From Gracilinanus agilis (lineage: Eukaryota), in NCBI RefSeq assembly GCF_016433145.1, contig NC_058133.1, forward strand, positions 32,273,251 through 32,337,250: a stretch of 64,000 nt of DNA, in the 5' to 3' direction. Position numbers and translations under genes: made by a program. Every line of letters begins with the position of its first letter. The first letter of the stretch is position 1. The notes below the pieces were generated by a model that ran no database searches, had not been told where the DNA came from, and worked only from the letters and a program-made list of their open reading frames with translations. This document shows, in pieces, positions 23,560-46,600 of the stretch.

Positions 23560-25790
23560 CTTTCCCTTTCCTTCCCCCTTGGAAATAGTTGGATTCTGAA
23601 GGGGAAACAGACTCCTTTCCCTATTAGGAAATAAGTGATTGGTTCCTTCAAATAGCTCAAATGCATTTAATTGGCTTTCTCAGTTTCTCATCTTCTATGT
23701 TTGTATTTCAAAGAGTCTACTCAATTCTAGTTTTCACAACGGAAATGCTTGAAAACTATTCTTGAAAATAAAACTTGAAAACTATGGATTTTTCTCTATA
23801 GAATCATATTCAGTTTTGCTAGATGTTAATTTTAGCTTTAAGCCCTTTGCATTTGGTTTTGTATTTATTCCAAATTATCTTTCCCCTTAATTATTATATG
23901 TCTGTGTTTCCTGATAATGAAAGTTCTTTGGTAGTTTATTTCTTTCTAGAGGTTTGCAAAATATGTATATGTGTGTGTGTGTGTTTTAATTTGGAAGTAC
24001 TCAATTTTGGCTGAATGTTGGAGCTGTTGAATTTGGAATTTCCCTCAAGTAGTATTCTGTTGTATTTTCACTTTACCCTCTGGTTCTAATATCTTTGTTA
24101 AGTTTCCTTTTATGATTTTTTAAACCCTTATCTTCCACCTTAGAATCAATACTATGTATTGGTATATGTAAAACTCAGTGGAATTGCTTGTTGGCTACGG
24201 GAGCAGGGTGGGAGGAGAGGAGGGAAAGAACATGAATCAGGGAACCATGGGAAAATGTTCTAAAATAAATAAACAAACAAACAAACAAAAAATACTATTT
24301 ATTAGTTCCAAGGCAGAAGAGTGGTAAAAGTTCGGCAATGTAGGTTAAGTGACTTGCCCAGGGTCACACAGCTAGGCAGTTGATTCTTTTTTTAAAATAC
24401 GATACCCAGGATTTGGTATGGTGATTTTCAAAGATGTAATTATTAAGTTATCTCTTTTAGTTCCTTTTCGCAGGGCAGTTGTTTATGATAGTAAATAGCT
24501 AATGTATTTTAATCGTTGAGGGTTTTGATTTTGTTCTAACATTTCTTGTTTTATTCTTGAATTAAATTTGTTATTGAGTTATTGAAATTATTTTATTGTT
24601 TCATTATTGTTATTGAACTATTTTCTACATTTTTGTTTTCAGGGTATCTAAGGTTTTCTACCTTCTGTTTATTCTCCCTCCCAGTATTCAAATGTCATTC
24701 TTTCTCTCATTTAAGCTTTTCCTCAATTTCTTTTTTCCACCATTGAGTCTATTCGTTATCAATCCAGATCTTTTTCATCTGGTTGTACTTGTTATTATTG
24801 TGGAATTATCTTCTGGAATTTCATCTTGTGATTCTTTTAACTCGTTTTATTTCTTCACTGTGTGACTTTTCTTGTTTACTCGTGCAAACTTGGTTCCTGA
24901 GCTGGCACTTTATGGCAGGGCCAGACTCTGCTCCCTCCTTCCATTTAAGGTGGAGTAGCTAAGCTGAGACTCTCACCCTTTCTGCGTCCCAGAGTGAGGC
25001 ACTGCTGCAATGATATCAGGCTTTGCCCCTTTCAGCCTGAATGCCACTGAGCTGCCATAGTTCTGGAAGGACTAGACTGGTTTTGCCTCTCCTACTGCAA
25101 TCTCTGCTTACAAAACTCCCTGGAGCTGGACCCAACCTAGGACTGGGCTCCACCGACAAAGTCCCTGGCTTTAGATTTACTTCCTGGCAGCCCTTAACAT
25201 GGAAGTCAGGCTTGCCAAGGTTTTTTGCTGGGCACAACCCTAGAATAGTGGATCACAATGGCCTTGGCCTGTCTCTGATTTGGCAATCACACTGGATTGA
25301 GATCTTGTTCTTTGGGGGCCCCCCACCCCCAACCTGAAAATCCAAAGGTTCTGGCACTCAGTAGATGGTACATTGATGCTTATTCCCTTTCCCCTTTTGA
25401 AATAGTTGGATTCTGAAGGTACCATGCTCAGTTTTTTATCTGTTTGGAAGTAAGCAATTGGTTATTTCATCCTTGCAAATAGCTCAAAGGCATTCATTTA
25501 GCTTTCTCAGTTTCTCATCTCCTATCATATTTCAAAGATTCTACCCAATCCTCGTTTTCACTACAGAAATGCTTATCTATTCTAAGCTTCCTAATGCACT
25601 CCTGGATGGGCAGCTGTTTTCACTGATGTTAATTTTTGGTTTGGTGAATCTTTGTTTCATCTTCATAATTCCTGAGCTGGTTCTTGGGCAAGTTAATCTT
25701 GGCTGGAACTTTTCAAGTTGGCCATCTTTCTCATTAGTCTTTGTCTCCTTTTCAAAAAGGAAAAACAACAAAAACTCCATGTTTTATAAT
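23560..25790 (-). mobile_element. Cluster of old L1/HAL1-like ORF1 fragments
   Basis: 23570-23750 resembles 25385-25575. EKFQPRLTCP resembles L1 ORF1 EKNFQPRISYP. Family assignment uncertain. Confidence 0.45.
24116..24376 (-). mobile_element. SINE1_Mdo-like SINE interrupted by a plus-strand L1 3' tail (24163-24290)
   Basis: The SINE tail is split, with TSD AATACTATGTATTGG/AATACTATTTATTAG at 24148-24162 and 24291-24305. Confidence 0.85.
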
Positions 25791-25839
25791 TGGGTCAGTT
25801 GAATTGTAGCACTTGAGGTCCTCCCCATTTCCAGGGCAA

Positions 25840-26576
25840 TGAGGAAAATTGAAGGAATTGAGGGGATTAAGGAGGCAAATTCAGTGAACCACACTGACTC
25901 CATCTTGTGATTCAATTCTGGAGCTTGCTCAGCTCCCTCTCTATTCAATTATGGGCCAAGTCCAAATTCTGTCCTGGGAAAACACTTGATTCGATTGTGA
26001 GAATTAGGAGAAAACTTTATGGCACTGTTTGAATTTAGCCCTGCATAACTAGGAAACTAGACCTCGTGTTCCTGCTGTTTAGAGACCCTTCACCAAGAAC
26101 TAGGTTATATTGACTAGAAATAGTCACATCCTAAGATTGATGCAAGGAATTTTCTCATCAGTGTACATCCCAAGCAACTCATGTCTTATCTGAAAACTGT
26201 TTGCATATTGATCAAGCAATTGTGGTTTCCATGTTTCTTTGATTGCTTACAGGTGGAAAGAGTAGGACACCCTTCTCTGAATTCAGGAAATTGCACCTAT
26301 TCACTCTCCCTCTCCCAGTTTGGGGAAATCCCAAATCTTTCATCCATTTAAAACCCAGATTACCTAATGTTTGTTTCCCTTTAGCTAATTGGCCTCATTT
26401 GATTGTCTTTAATGTATAAAAGTCTGTCTCCCCCTGTGTTTGGCGTCCAGCACTAAGTTGAGGAATGGGCCTAGTCCCGATTTATTGGGCAATTGGCAAG
26501 GACTGCTTAATAAATGGAAATGGTTGAAGGACTGAACCATTGTTTCCTTAGTCATTTCAACTTTTTGGCTACCCCA
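25840..26576 (+). mobile_element. Solo ERV LTR-D
   Basis: TG start, GACTCCATCTTG motif, TATAAAA near 26415, AATAAA near 26508, CA end. No TSD found, so the ends are approximate. Confidence 0.65.
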
Positions 26577-27403
26577 AGTGCAAGGGACTCTACATATATT
26601 CTATATCCATTATAACTGTTCTGGTCAGTCTTGCTCATTAGAGATGGAGCTCCTTACAAAGATCATTTCATTCTTTGCATTTGTATCCTCAGGGCCTGGA
26701 ACCACGTCTGGCACAGAAGAGTCTTCTAATGTTTGTTGACTGTTGACTTATCGGCTGTATTTATCTTTCATAGTTCCTCAAAAGGATGAGATTAGTACAC
26801 AGCAGGGCCACTTAACGAGATGTCCTAATAAACAAAACATTTTCCCCATAACCTGGGCTATTCCCTCATGAATACCCAAAGCATCAATGGGAAAAGTGGA
26901 TACATGTATGGAACAGCCAGCAAGAAGCACCAAAAGGTCCAAAAGGTCTGGGGGTCCTTCAGCTGTGGGCTCTGGGCAGATCCAAGGCAGTTGGTGGTTT
27001 GGGGGTTATGGGGGAAAGGAGAAACGAAGACCCCACCTTCCCCACACATTTTTTTCCTTTTTCTTTGTTTCAGAGCAGCATTGGATGAGCAGACATCATG
27101 AGCAATACTGGAGATCACATTTATCTTTCCTCTGAACCTTATTCTCCCTTTTCCAAACTTCCTTCTTTCTGTCAAAGGCATCATCATTATTGCACTAGAC
27201 AAGATTCACAATTTCATTATCCTTGACTCCCCAATTCAAATGAAACCATTCTATTCAGTTACCGTCATGACCAGGTGCTGAATCTAACAGCCTTTTCTCA
27301 GGCTTTTTGGCCATTCTTCACCCTCTGACTTTGTCCATCACCCACTCAGTCCTGGGGTGTCAAAAATGTTTGGTCACCTACAAAAATTCTCACACTTGGA
27401 CTT

Positions 27404-27602
27404 TTGTTTTTTTAAACCTTTACCTTCCATTTTTGAATCAATATTGGCTCCAAGGCAGAAGAGTGGTAAGGGCCAGGCAATGAGGGTCAAGTGACTTGCC
27501 CAGGGTCACACAGCTAGAAAGTGTCTTAAGATCACATTTGAACCCAGGACCTCTCATCTCTAGGCCTGGCTCTCAATCCACTGAGAAAACTAGTTGCCCC
27601 CC
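27404..27602 (-). mobile_element. SINE1_Mdo-like SINE
   Basis: Diagnostic tail, CORE and head. Confidence 0.88.
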
Positions 27603-27624
27603 CACACAAAACAAACCTAGTTAT

Positions 27625-28858
27625 TTGTTGCTGTTCCATTGTTCCAATCGAAATGACTCTTTGTGACCCATGTAAGTGTGGAATTGGAGTAAATCAAGGA
27701 TCACTAAGCACTCATCTTGGAAAGGGCTGGACGCTGACCCCATGGAACTCTGAGAGAATTCTGTTTGGGAGGGGCCGGTGAAGGAGGGAGTTTGGCGAAA
27801 ATTCTGAAGATTCTAAACTGCCAAAAACTCCTGAGAGGACATTCAAGTCTCAGGTGGGCTTGGGGTAGATGATGGTGGGTGGCTGGGAGGTTCTGGACAG
27901 GAATTTAGCTCTTCTGAACCTCAAATTCAGGGGTAACCTGGAGATTTCAACAGCAAAACCTTTCTGCCGACTTCATTGCCAACGAAGAAGAAACCAAGCG
28001 TTGTGCTCCATAATTGTCGTTAGTGCCCGGACTCCGGAGGGAGGGGGCACTTGGGGGCCCTTCCCTGATCCCTCTTATACCCCTTCATGGCAGTTATCCC
28101 CTTTTGTTAGATAGTGTTAAGTAAAGGATATGGGGGGGGGGGAGAGTGAGCTGCTGAGTCAAAGCTACAGAAGAAACCAGAGCTGATGTCTCGTGGGGTT
28201 GAGTGGATGGAGAAGTGATCCCTGCGTCCTCCTTCCTCACAAATCCTCAAACCTCCTTCACCCTGTTATCCTGCATTCCCTCATCCTTATAATAAATACA
28301 AGTTCATTAGTGGTAGTTTGGGGCTGTGACTCGGAGGGGAGGAAGGCTGATCTTGTGGCTGAGGGGAAGACGAATTCCAAACACCATCGTGAAGGGCAAA
28401 GCCACTAGAACTGAGGAGGGGGGAGGCTGGTCTCCATAGTGCTGGCTCTGAGGGTGGGATCTAACCCTGATCCCCAACACCTTCCTTCAACATCCCCTCT
28501 AAGGCTTTGCTAGTTTGGGAAGCTCATCGAGTTTATTCCCTCCTAGGTCTTCCCTGGAGAGTGGGGGAGTGACTAGCTGATGTGGCCCACTGAAAGCTAT
28601 CAAGGGGGGAGTCCAGATACCCACTCATTTACCATCAATACTCACCCCCATACACCCAATATGAGGTTTCCATGGCAAAGATACTATTTCCTTCTCTAGT
28701 TCATTTGACATGTGAGGAAGCTGAGGCAAACAAGGTTAAGTGATGTGCCCAGGATCAAACAGCTAGTACTTATCTTGAGTCCAGATATGACCCCAGGAAG
28801 ATGAATCTTCCCAAACCCAGGCCCAGTACTTTACCCACTGTGCCATGTAGTGGCTCCC
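27625..28858 (-). mobile_element. MAR1-like CORE-SINE split by LTR-E
   Basis: gactctttgtgaccca (27655-27670) joins atatgaggtttccatggcaaagatac (from 28659), then CORE and head. Confidence 0.8.
27671..28654 (+). mobile_element. Solo ERV LTR-E (984 bp)
   Basis: TG...CA termini, 4-bp TSD CCCA (27667-27670 and 28655-28658), AATAAA at 28291-28296. Confidence 0.88.
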
Positions 28859-28872
28859 CTCACACCTGTACT

Positions 28873-28875
<3 letters not shown>

Positions 28876-28910
<35 letters not shown>
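28876..28910 (+). repeat. Poly(A) tract (35 A)
   Basis: Pure A run with no TSD recognised. Confidence 0.95.
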
Positions 28911-28912
<2 letters not shown>

Positions 28913-29330
28913 TGAGAGAAGACTTTTCTAAAGCATTTAAAAGTCTTTCACAGAAAGCGCCACTGCATTTGGAACCCATTTGTGAAAAATAGAAGTGCGA
29001 TGTCATCCAATTAGCTTGCAAGAACACCTGATTGACATCATGGAAGCCCAAAACTTACTGGCCAAATTTAGTAGAAACTTGTATGTAGTTAGTCGACAAT
29101 GGGGTTGAAAAACATGTTTCAAGATTTAGTAATCATGGTGCTTCCATTTGGCACTGATAACCATCAAAGGCAAAGAACAGCCAGAGCCACACCTCTGAAC
29201 TGCTGGGAAAAGCGTTCAATCAGGATTAAACAGCAACAACCATCTAAAACATTCTAAATCTAAATCTAATTCACTGATGTTGCTCTCACTAAAAACATGG
29301 ATGCTAATACCATTCTGGGGAGAACAAATG
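28911..29330 (+). mobile_element. Decayed hAT-Charlie transposase C-terminal fragment
   Basis: Frameshifted peptides IWNPFVKN, SLQEHLIDIMEAQNLLAKF and MGLKNMFQDLVIMVLPFGT resemble the Charlie1-type dimerisation region (from memory: LQEQLIDI..NLLAEF..WMGLKNEY.DLV..LLPFGSTYLC). Confidence 0.75.
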
Positions 29331-29803
29331 TCTATATTCTACTGGCGATCTATGTTCAAAATGTCCCTCTGAATAGGATGTGTGAACAAAGGTTGGGAGA
29401 TTACTGAAGGGAAGAGAATCGGATTGGGTTTGGCTGGTCCTAGAGGCAGAAGGAAAATCTTCCCTAAAGCCCTGAGATGGACTAAGTTCCTCATTCTTGG
29501 AGGGGTCCCAGGCGCTGCTGGTGGGACAGTCCTGTTGAGGGAAGGTTATCGCTTGGAATTTATCTAGTCCTTACCTGAGGGGCTGCCAAGGCCAGGATCC
29601 AGGCCCGGCTGGGAGGAATGGAGAGAAGGAAACAGGGCTAGACCCCAATCTCCACCTAGCTCTAGCTGAACAGGGCAAGGTTTCCCTGGCAGGAGGGAAG
29701 TCTCCCCCCCTCCCCAAGTAGAATGGATTCATACCCAAGAAATAGACTCGGCCTTACAGGCTGAAGTAGATGGATTAAACATAAAAAAAGTGAAACCCAA
29801 ACC

Positions 29804-30369
29804 TGTGGGAGGCCAATAAGAGAAACAGTCTCAAATAGATAAAAATCTGAGACTCCTCTTTTGACCCCTTTTAGGATCCACACCTTTTCTTATTGGAAAA
29901 ACATTATAGCCTTATTGAAAAGCTTTAAGTTCCTAGCAAACCAGCAGGTACAGAGTTAACAATTTTTCTCCTTGATAATTAAGAAGCCTGAACTCTAAAA
30001 AATATATTACTTAGACAATCAAGGTCAGAACCAGACAAAGCTAGACAAGACTTTATCTGACCAGGTGCAATCCTGTAAATCAAGAGTACAATTTATTTAG
30101 GTTTTCTATGAAATATATTACTGCTCCCAAAATTAAACTCCTGCTAATTGGTGGTTGGAATTTGGCCTTTGACCCTGGACCTATCTCTCTACTTTTAAGA
30201 CTCTAATGGGTTTTTGTATAATTTGTAACCCCTTTGCAGCTGTAATTCTTTCTCTGTGCTCTTTGTGTGAAATCAGTATATATTAACTCAAGACTCCATG
30301 GCAAGTTGGAGCAGTTAAAACTAACCGATAGTCTGACTGTTCTCAATGCTCTTTCTCTATACTATTTCA
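29804..30369. mobile_element. Probable solo LTR-F just beyond the NSUN4 3' end
   Basis: TG...CA termini, imperfect 4-bp TSD AACC/ATCC, LTR-like composition. Confidence 0.5.
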
Positions 30370-30460
30370 ATCCAACGCCACTAAACGCCACTCAGTACCC
30401 CTGGAAATAAAGAGCTGGTTCTCTATATAAACCATATATAAATACATATATAAGTATGTA

Positions 30461-30466
30461 TTTATT
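30461..30466 (-). terminator. NSUN4: Probable NSUN4 polyadenylation signal AATAAA
   Basis: First minus-strand AATAAA after the stop (~375 nt), followed by a U-rich stretch. Confidence 0.6.
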
Positions 30467-30841
30467 AAGCCCCCAGGCTTTAGGGAAACCAGGATTAAAG
30501 CCAGAGTCCTTGCCCTGAAGGGGCCTCCCTTCTGCTTCATTCTCCATTCAGGATGGGGTGATTGAACCCACATGCCACGTCCCCCCCAAACAGTAAGAAA
30601 AGCTTCTCATCTGGAGAAGTGGAGCCCACGGCCAGAAACCGCTGTGGTTCGGTCCCTATGCCAGGACAAGGAGGCCTTGCCCTTCCTCTGCTGCCACATC
30701 TTCAGTAGGGCCTGGGTGGGGGGATGAGGGGGATGAGTTCTTCCATTTCCTCTCACCAGTCACCCCCTTGGACAAGACACATCCATCTCTCCCAGGTCCA
30801 CCCACAGGACATCCTGCAGGAGAAGGGGCTTGGGTGAGCTG

Positions 30842-42065
<11,224 letters not shown>

Positions 42066-43460
42066 GTTGGCCGTACGTGCGCACGTCTTCGGGTCCGTCG
42101 ACGTCCGCTTCCGGCGGGGTGCGGTATTTGCTGTGAAGGGTTCCGAATTGGCGGAGGCCCCGGCCCGGGAGCGAGGGCTTTTATCAAGATGGCGGCCACC
42201 GCACCGGAAGTCAGGGCGCCATGAGGCAGGATCCCGCCCCAAGTAACGCGATAGCGTGGTAACTAGGGAACGGGGGTGGGATGGGGAGTGAGTCTTAAGC
42301 GATGACATCAGGGCTTTGGACAAAGGCGCCGCCGCCCGTTGGCTGCCAGGTTCTTCTCACGCCCGCCCATCCTCCAGCCCTTTCGTTCGTTGGCCTCTGT
42401 AGCGCTGCCCTACGGAGCCCTGGGAGGCAGGAGCTGGAATTGATCCCATTTCACAGAAGAGCAAACTGACCCAGAGGGAGAGGTGGCGTTTAAGGCTTCC
42501 TGATTCATTGTTAATTAAAACTCTGGGATGCTTGAATTGTTGGCAAAATCTAATTAAATTCTATAACAGTAGAAGATAGGGCTGGTCCAGATACTCCAGT
42601 TCAGATTCCACTTCACATTCTCTAGTGTGACCCTGGGCAAGTTGCTTGCTGTCATGCCTCAGTTTGCTCATCTGCAAAATGGGGCTAACAGAGCACCTAT
42701 CCTGAGGAGTATGTTGTGAGGATCAAGGGAGGTAAGCACAAACCAGTACACAGGCCACTGTTCGCTCCATATAAGTGTTAAAATAAAAAAGGATCTGTTT
42801 GTAAAGTACCTGGCACATGGTAGGTGCTTAATAAATGCTCCCTTCCATCCTGCCTGCCTCCTTAGCATTCTGTGCATGGTGGCACAGTTCCTAATTCCTA
42901 AGGGTTCAATAGTTAAATAGTTAAAGCCTGGCCTCCTGCAAAGTAAGGGAAGTGAATATGCATTTTAGTGCCTACTGTGGGCCAGGCAGTTATTATCCCC
43001 ATTTTACAGATGAGAAAACTGAGGCAGACAGGTAAAGTGCCATGTCCAGAGAATTATTTGGGAGGCAGGATTCCTACCCAGGTCTTCCTGGCTCCCAAGA
43101 CCAGCTCTAACCACTGAGCAACACAAAGGGAAGAGTTGATGACTCCCAAGGCTATTAGCCCCAGTAACTGAGATGATGACACTCTAAAGACTCATGGTTT
43201 GGGTAAGAGCTTAGCAGCAGAGGAAAAGAGGGTCCAAGAAGGAGGAAGGAGGCAAGCTGAGGTGGGGCTGCCCAACAGCACCTGGACTCTCTACCACTTG
43301 GTGGCTACTCCTCTCCCTGGGGCTGGACTAGGGGATCTCACCCCTGACCTGTGGGAAATTGTGACCAGCAGTGAGAACATGGAAGCCCCTGGTACCCTCC
43401 CTTGAAGGACAGCCACTGCTCATTTTCACAGATAACAGACACTTCCACAGATGACTGCGT

Positions 43461-43466
43461 TTTATT
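43461..43466 (-). terminator. UQCRH: UQCRH polyadenylation signal AATAAA
   Basis: About 180 nt after the stop, followed by a GU-rich tract on the minus strand. Confidence 0.75.
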
Positions 43467-43648
43467 CCATTGCAGCTGCTCTGAGTCACACCAGTCCCTG
43501 GCCCAGGCCTAAGACCACAAGCCTCTTGTGGTAATAGCAGGACACATGGTACAATAGCATTTGAGATCCAGGGGAATGGGAAATTATGACAATGAGATGC
43601 CCCACAAAGGGGCAAAGCCTGGAGCAGATGGCAGGTGCATGCAGATAT

Positions 43649-43681
43649 TCATTTCACATTTTCAAAGAGTGAGTGAGCCAC
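43649..43681 (-). CDS. UQCRH: UQCRH exon 4 (33 nt, stop TGA)
   Basis: ccttctag|GTG GCT CAC: [10 protein letters not shown]. Confidence 0.95.
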   Translation of the reverse strand: MAHSLFENVK

Positions 43682-46600
43682 CTAGAAGGAAAAAAGAGGG
43701 TCAGGTGAGCCATAGGTATCAGTGGTCCCCATGTGACAGATAAGAACACTGAAATTCAGAGGACAGGGGACTAGTCCAGCATCACACAACTGGCAGTTTT
43801 GAGTCCAGATTCAAACTCAGGCAGGTCTTCCTGGCTCCTAGTCAAATGCTCTAACCTCTGAACCACCTAGGAGCACTCTCTCCAGGGGTCTAGCACTTAG
43901 GACCCACCAGGTGCTATCTGAGTCTTCTGTTCACCACCTCACCAGGCCAATTCTATGTAGGCATCTCCTGAGCTCTCAGGGGCTCCTGTTTACCCAGGAT
44001 TCCAGGGTAAACTTAGGTCTAAGGTCTGAATAGGGGAGGCCCCTGGGTTAAACCCTCTTGTTTTACAGAGAAAGAGGCCATGGGTGCTGTGTGGATATCA
44101 GCATCCCACTGCCTGGGCCCGTAGATGCTGTCTCAGGGCCCTGGGGATTCCCATTTGGATGGGGCCTGCTCTGGCTAGGCCTTGGGGCAGCAGCCTAGGA
44201 GATGACAGCTAGTGGTGTGACTCACACAATGGTCTCGGGCATGCAGGAAGTCAAAAAGCTCTTCAGTGCAGTCTTCCTCAGTGTGGGGCCGGGAATTTAC
44301 ACGTTCAGCACACAGCTCCAGCTTCTCCCGGGCCTTCATGCACTTCTCCATCTGTTCACAGTACTCTCTCACAGTGTCCAGGGGGTCCTCAAGAGACACA
44401 AGAGGCAGAGTCAGGGGTCAGAGCAATGCCCATGGTCTCACCTAAAGAATATGGTTGGGGAGTCCTCATTTATGGGTAACTAGCAAGAGTGCTCAGGACT
44501 CACATTCCTGCTCCTCAAGGGAGATATGAGGGGTTCTAAAGCAGAGCTACCCCCCAGCTCTGGGGCCTGATTTTAACAAAAGCTGGGTACCCACTGCCTA
44601 GGTCTGTTGTAGAACCTGTAGGTGCTATCAAGAATGAGGGGAGTTACTGATTCCTCTGGATTCTGGGGGGCTGCTGCACCAGCAACAGTCAACAGAGGCA
44701 ATGTCCTTCCATATGATCTCCATATGCCCCCTCCCACACCAACCACCCTGCTATCCTGCTGAGGGCCTCAAGGCCTCAGGCTTCTTCCCAATATTCTCCC
44801 CTGCAGCACTAATAGAGGGGGGGCCCCCACCCCAAAATGCATCTAAAGGCATACTGTGGCTTGAACCTTCAGCTTCCAAAGGGATGGTTTCAACTGTAAA
44901 ATGATTCTTACCACCAATTCTTTTTCCTCATCGTCTTCCTACAAGAGAAAGAAAAGCCATCAGTGACAGACAGTTTGACAGAGGCCCTGGCTCCTGACCC
45001 CCAACCTTGAGCAATTGCCTACAAAAATACACAGTGCACCATGAAGGCTTCCATGTTCAGCATCAACATGAGTGTTTCAAAAGGCAGAAAACTTAAGCAA
45101 AGTTCTGATGAACATTTGGGTGACCAGGGAATTTATAAAAATCACCATCAAAACCAAGAGTAAAAGCTCAAGGCTGCCCAGCACCAGCAGCCAGTGGAAG
45201 GAACAACATGCAGGGACTCCTGTGAAGCCCTATGAGAAATGAATGATGCTTAAAGAAGCGCAGGGACAGTGCTAATAGTAAACATTTCCATAGGCTTACT
45301 ATGGGTCAGGCACTGTGCTATGTACTGCACAATTAACATCTCACTGGGTGCTCCCAACAACTCTAGGAGGTAGGCGCTATTATCCACATTTTACAGATGA
45401 GGAACCTGAAAGCCAAGCAGGGTTAGGTGACTTGCACAGGGTCACACAGCTGGTTAATGTCTAAGATCAAATCAGGTCATCTTAAGTCATCCCAGGGCTT
45501 TGTCAAGCTGAGAAGAAGTTTATAAGGTAGGAAGAAGGATTGATAATATATGGTCAGTCATCTGGAATATAAACCAGAGTGGCCTCTGAGCAGGGACAGA
45601 GACAATGTAGAGTGACAGACCCAGAGCACTTGTAATTTCAGTTTAAGAGTACCTACTCGGGACAAGGCACTGGAAGTGCAGACAAGAATACAACTGTTCC
45701 TGCCCTCAGGTGGGCTCTCCAGTGGGACAGGTCAGAAAGCACAGGGTGGTTTGAGGCTGGAGAACAAAGTGCAGGGATTGAAGAAGGCAGCCTAGGATGA
45801 GCTGGAAGGGAGAGGATTGAGAGGCAGGGATGACGAGGGTGGCTAGTAACGAATGAACACTGATCCCAAAGCACAAAGGCCCCAAGTTGGCATCAACTGC
45901 CAGAACAGTGAAGGGTCCAGTGTGGCAGGAACTTAGTAAATATAAGAAAGGGAGGCAGAAGTAGCCAGTCTGAAGAGTCTGCTACCACTGTACAGTGGCA
46001 AAGAGCTATAAACAAAAGACGATGACCATCTACTGGGGAACAACAACATGAAGCTATGGTGAAGTGTTTCAGAGTTGGGCCTGGAGTTAGGAGACCCAAG
46101 TTCAAATCCAGGCTCAGACACCATGAGCTGTATAACTCTGGGCAAGTCACTTCACCTATAATTCCTCAGCTGTAGAAGAGAAATAATAGCATCTACCTTG
46201 CAGGGCTATTGTGAGGACCAAATGAGGTAATATTTGTAAAGTGACCTTATAATTATAGGTAATGGAATGTTAATTCCTATAAGAGTTGACTATGAATTCA
46301 GGGAAATTCCTAAACTAAAGTAAAATAAAGCAAATAGAAGCCACACAATAACTTCAAGATTGAGAAGCAGAGCTCTATAATTCTGAACTTGCTCCAACAA
46401 TGAGGTTACAAAGCTCCACATTCCTCCTTCTTTGCATAGGTGGAAAACTATGGATGTTAAAGCAGGCTGCCAGCCAGAAAAAGGAGAGAAGAATACTTTC
46501 CCTACATTTCAGCAAACTTCAAAAACTATATTTTCATTGAGAAGATGAAATGATAAGAATTAGACAAGAATACTGAGAATGCTTGGACAACCAAATGCAG

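Noticed and set aside
28666-28679. X-box-like GTTTCCATGGCAAA
   Set aside because: Single imperfect site arising by mutation inside a MAR1 SINE.
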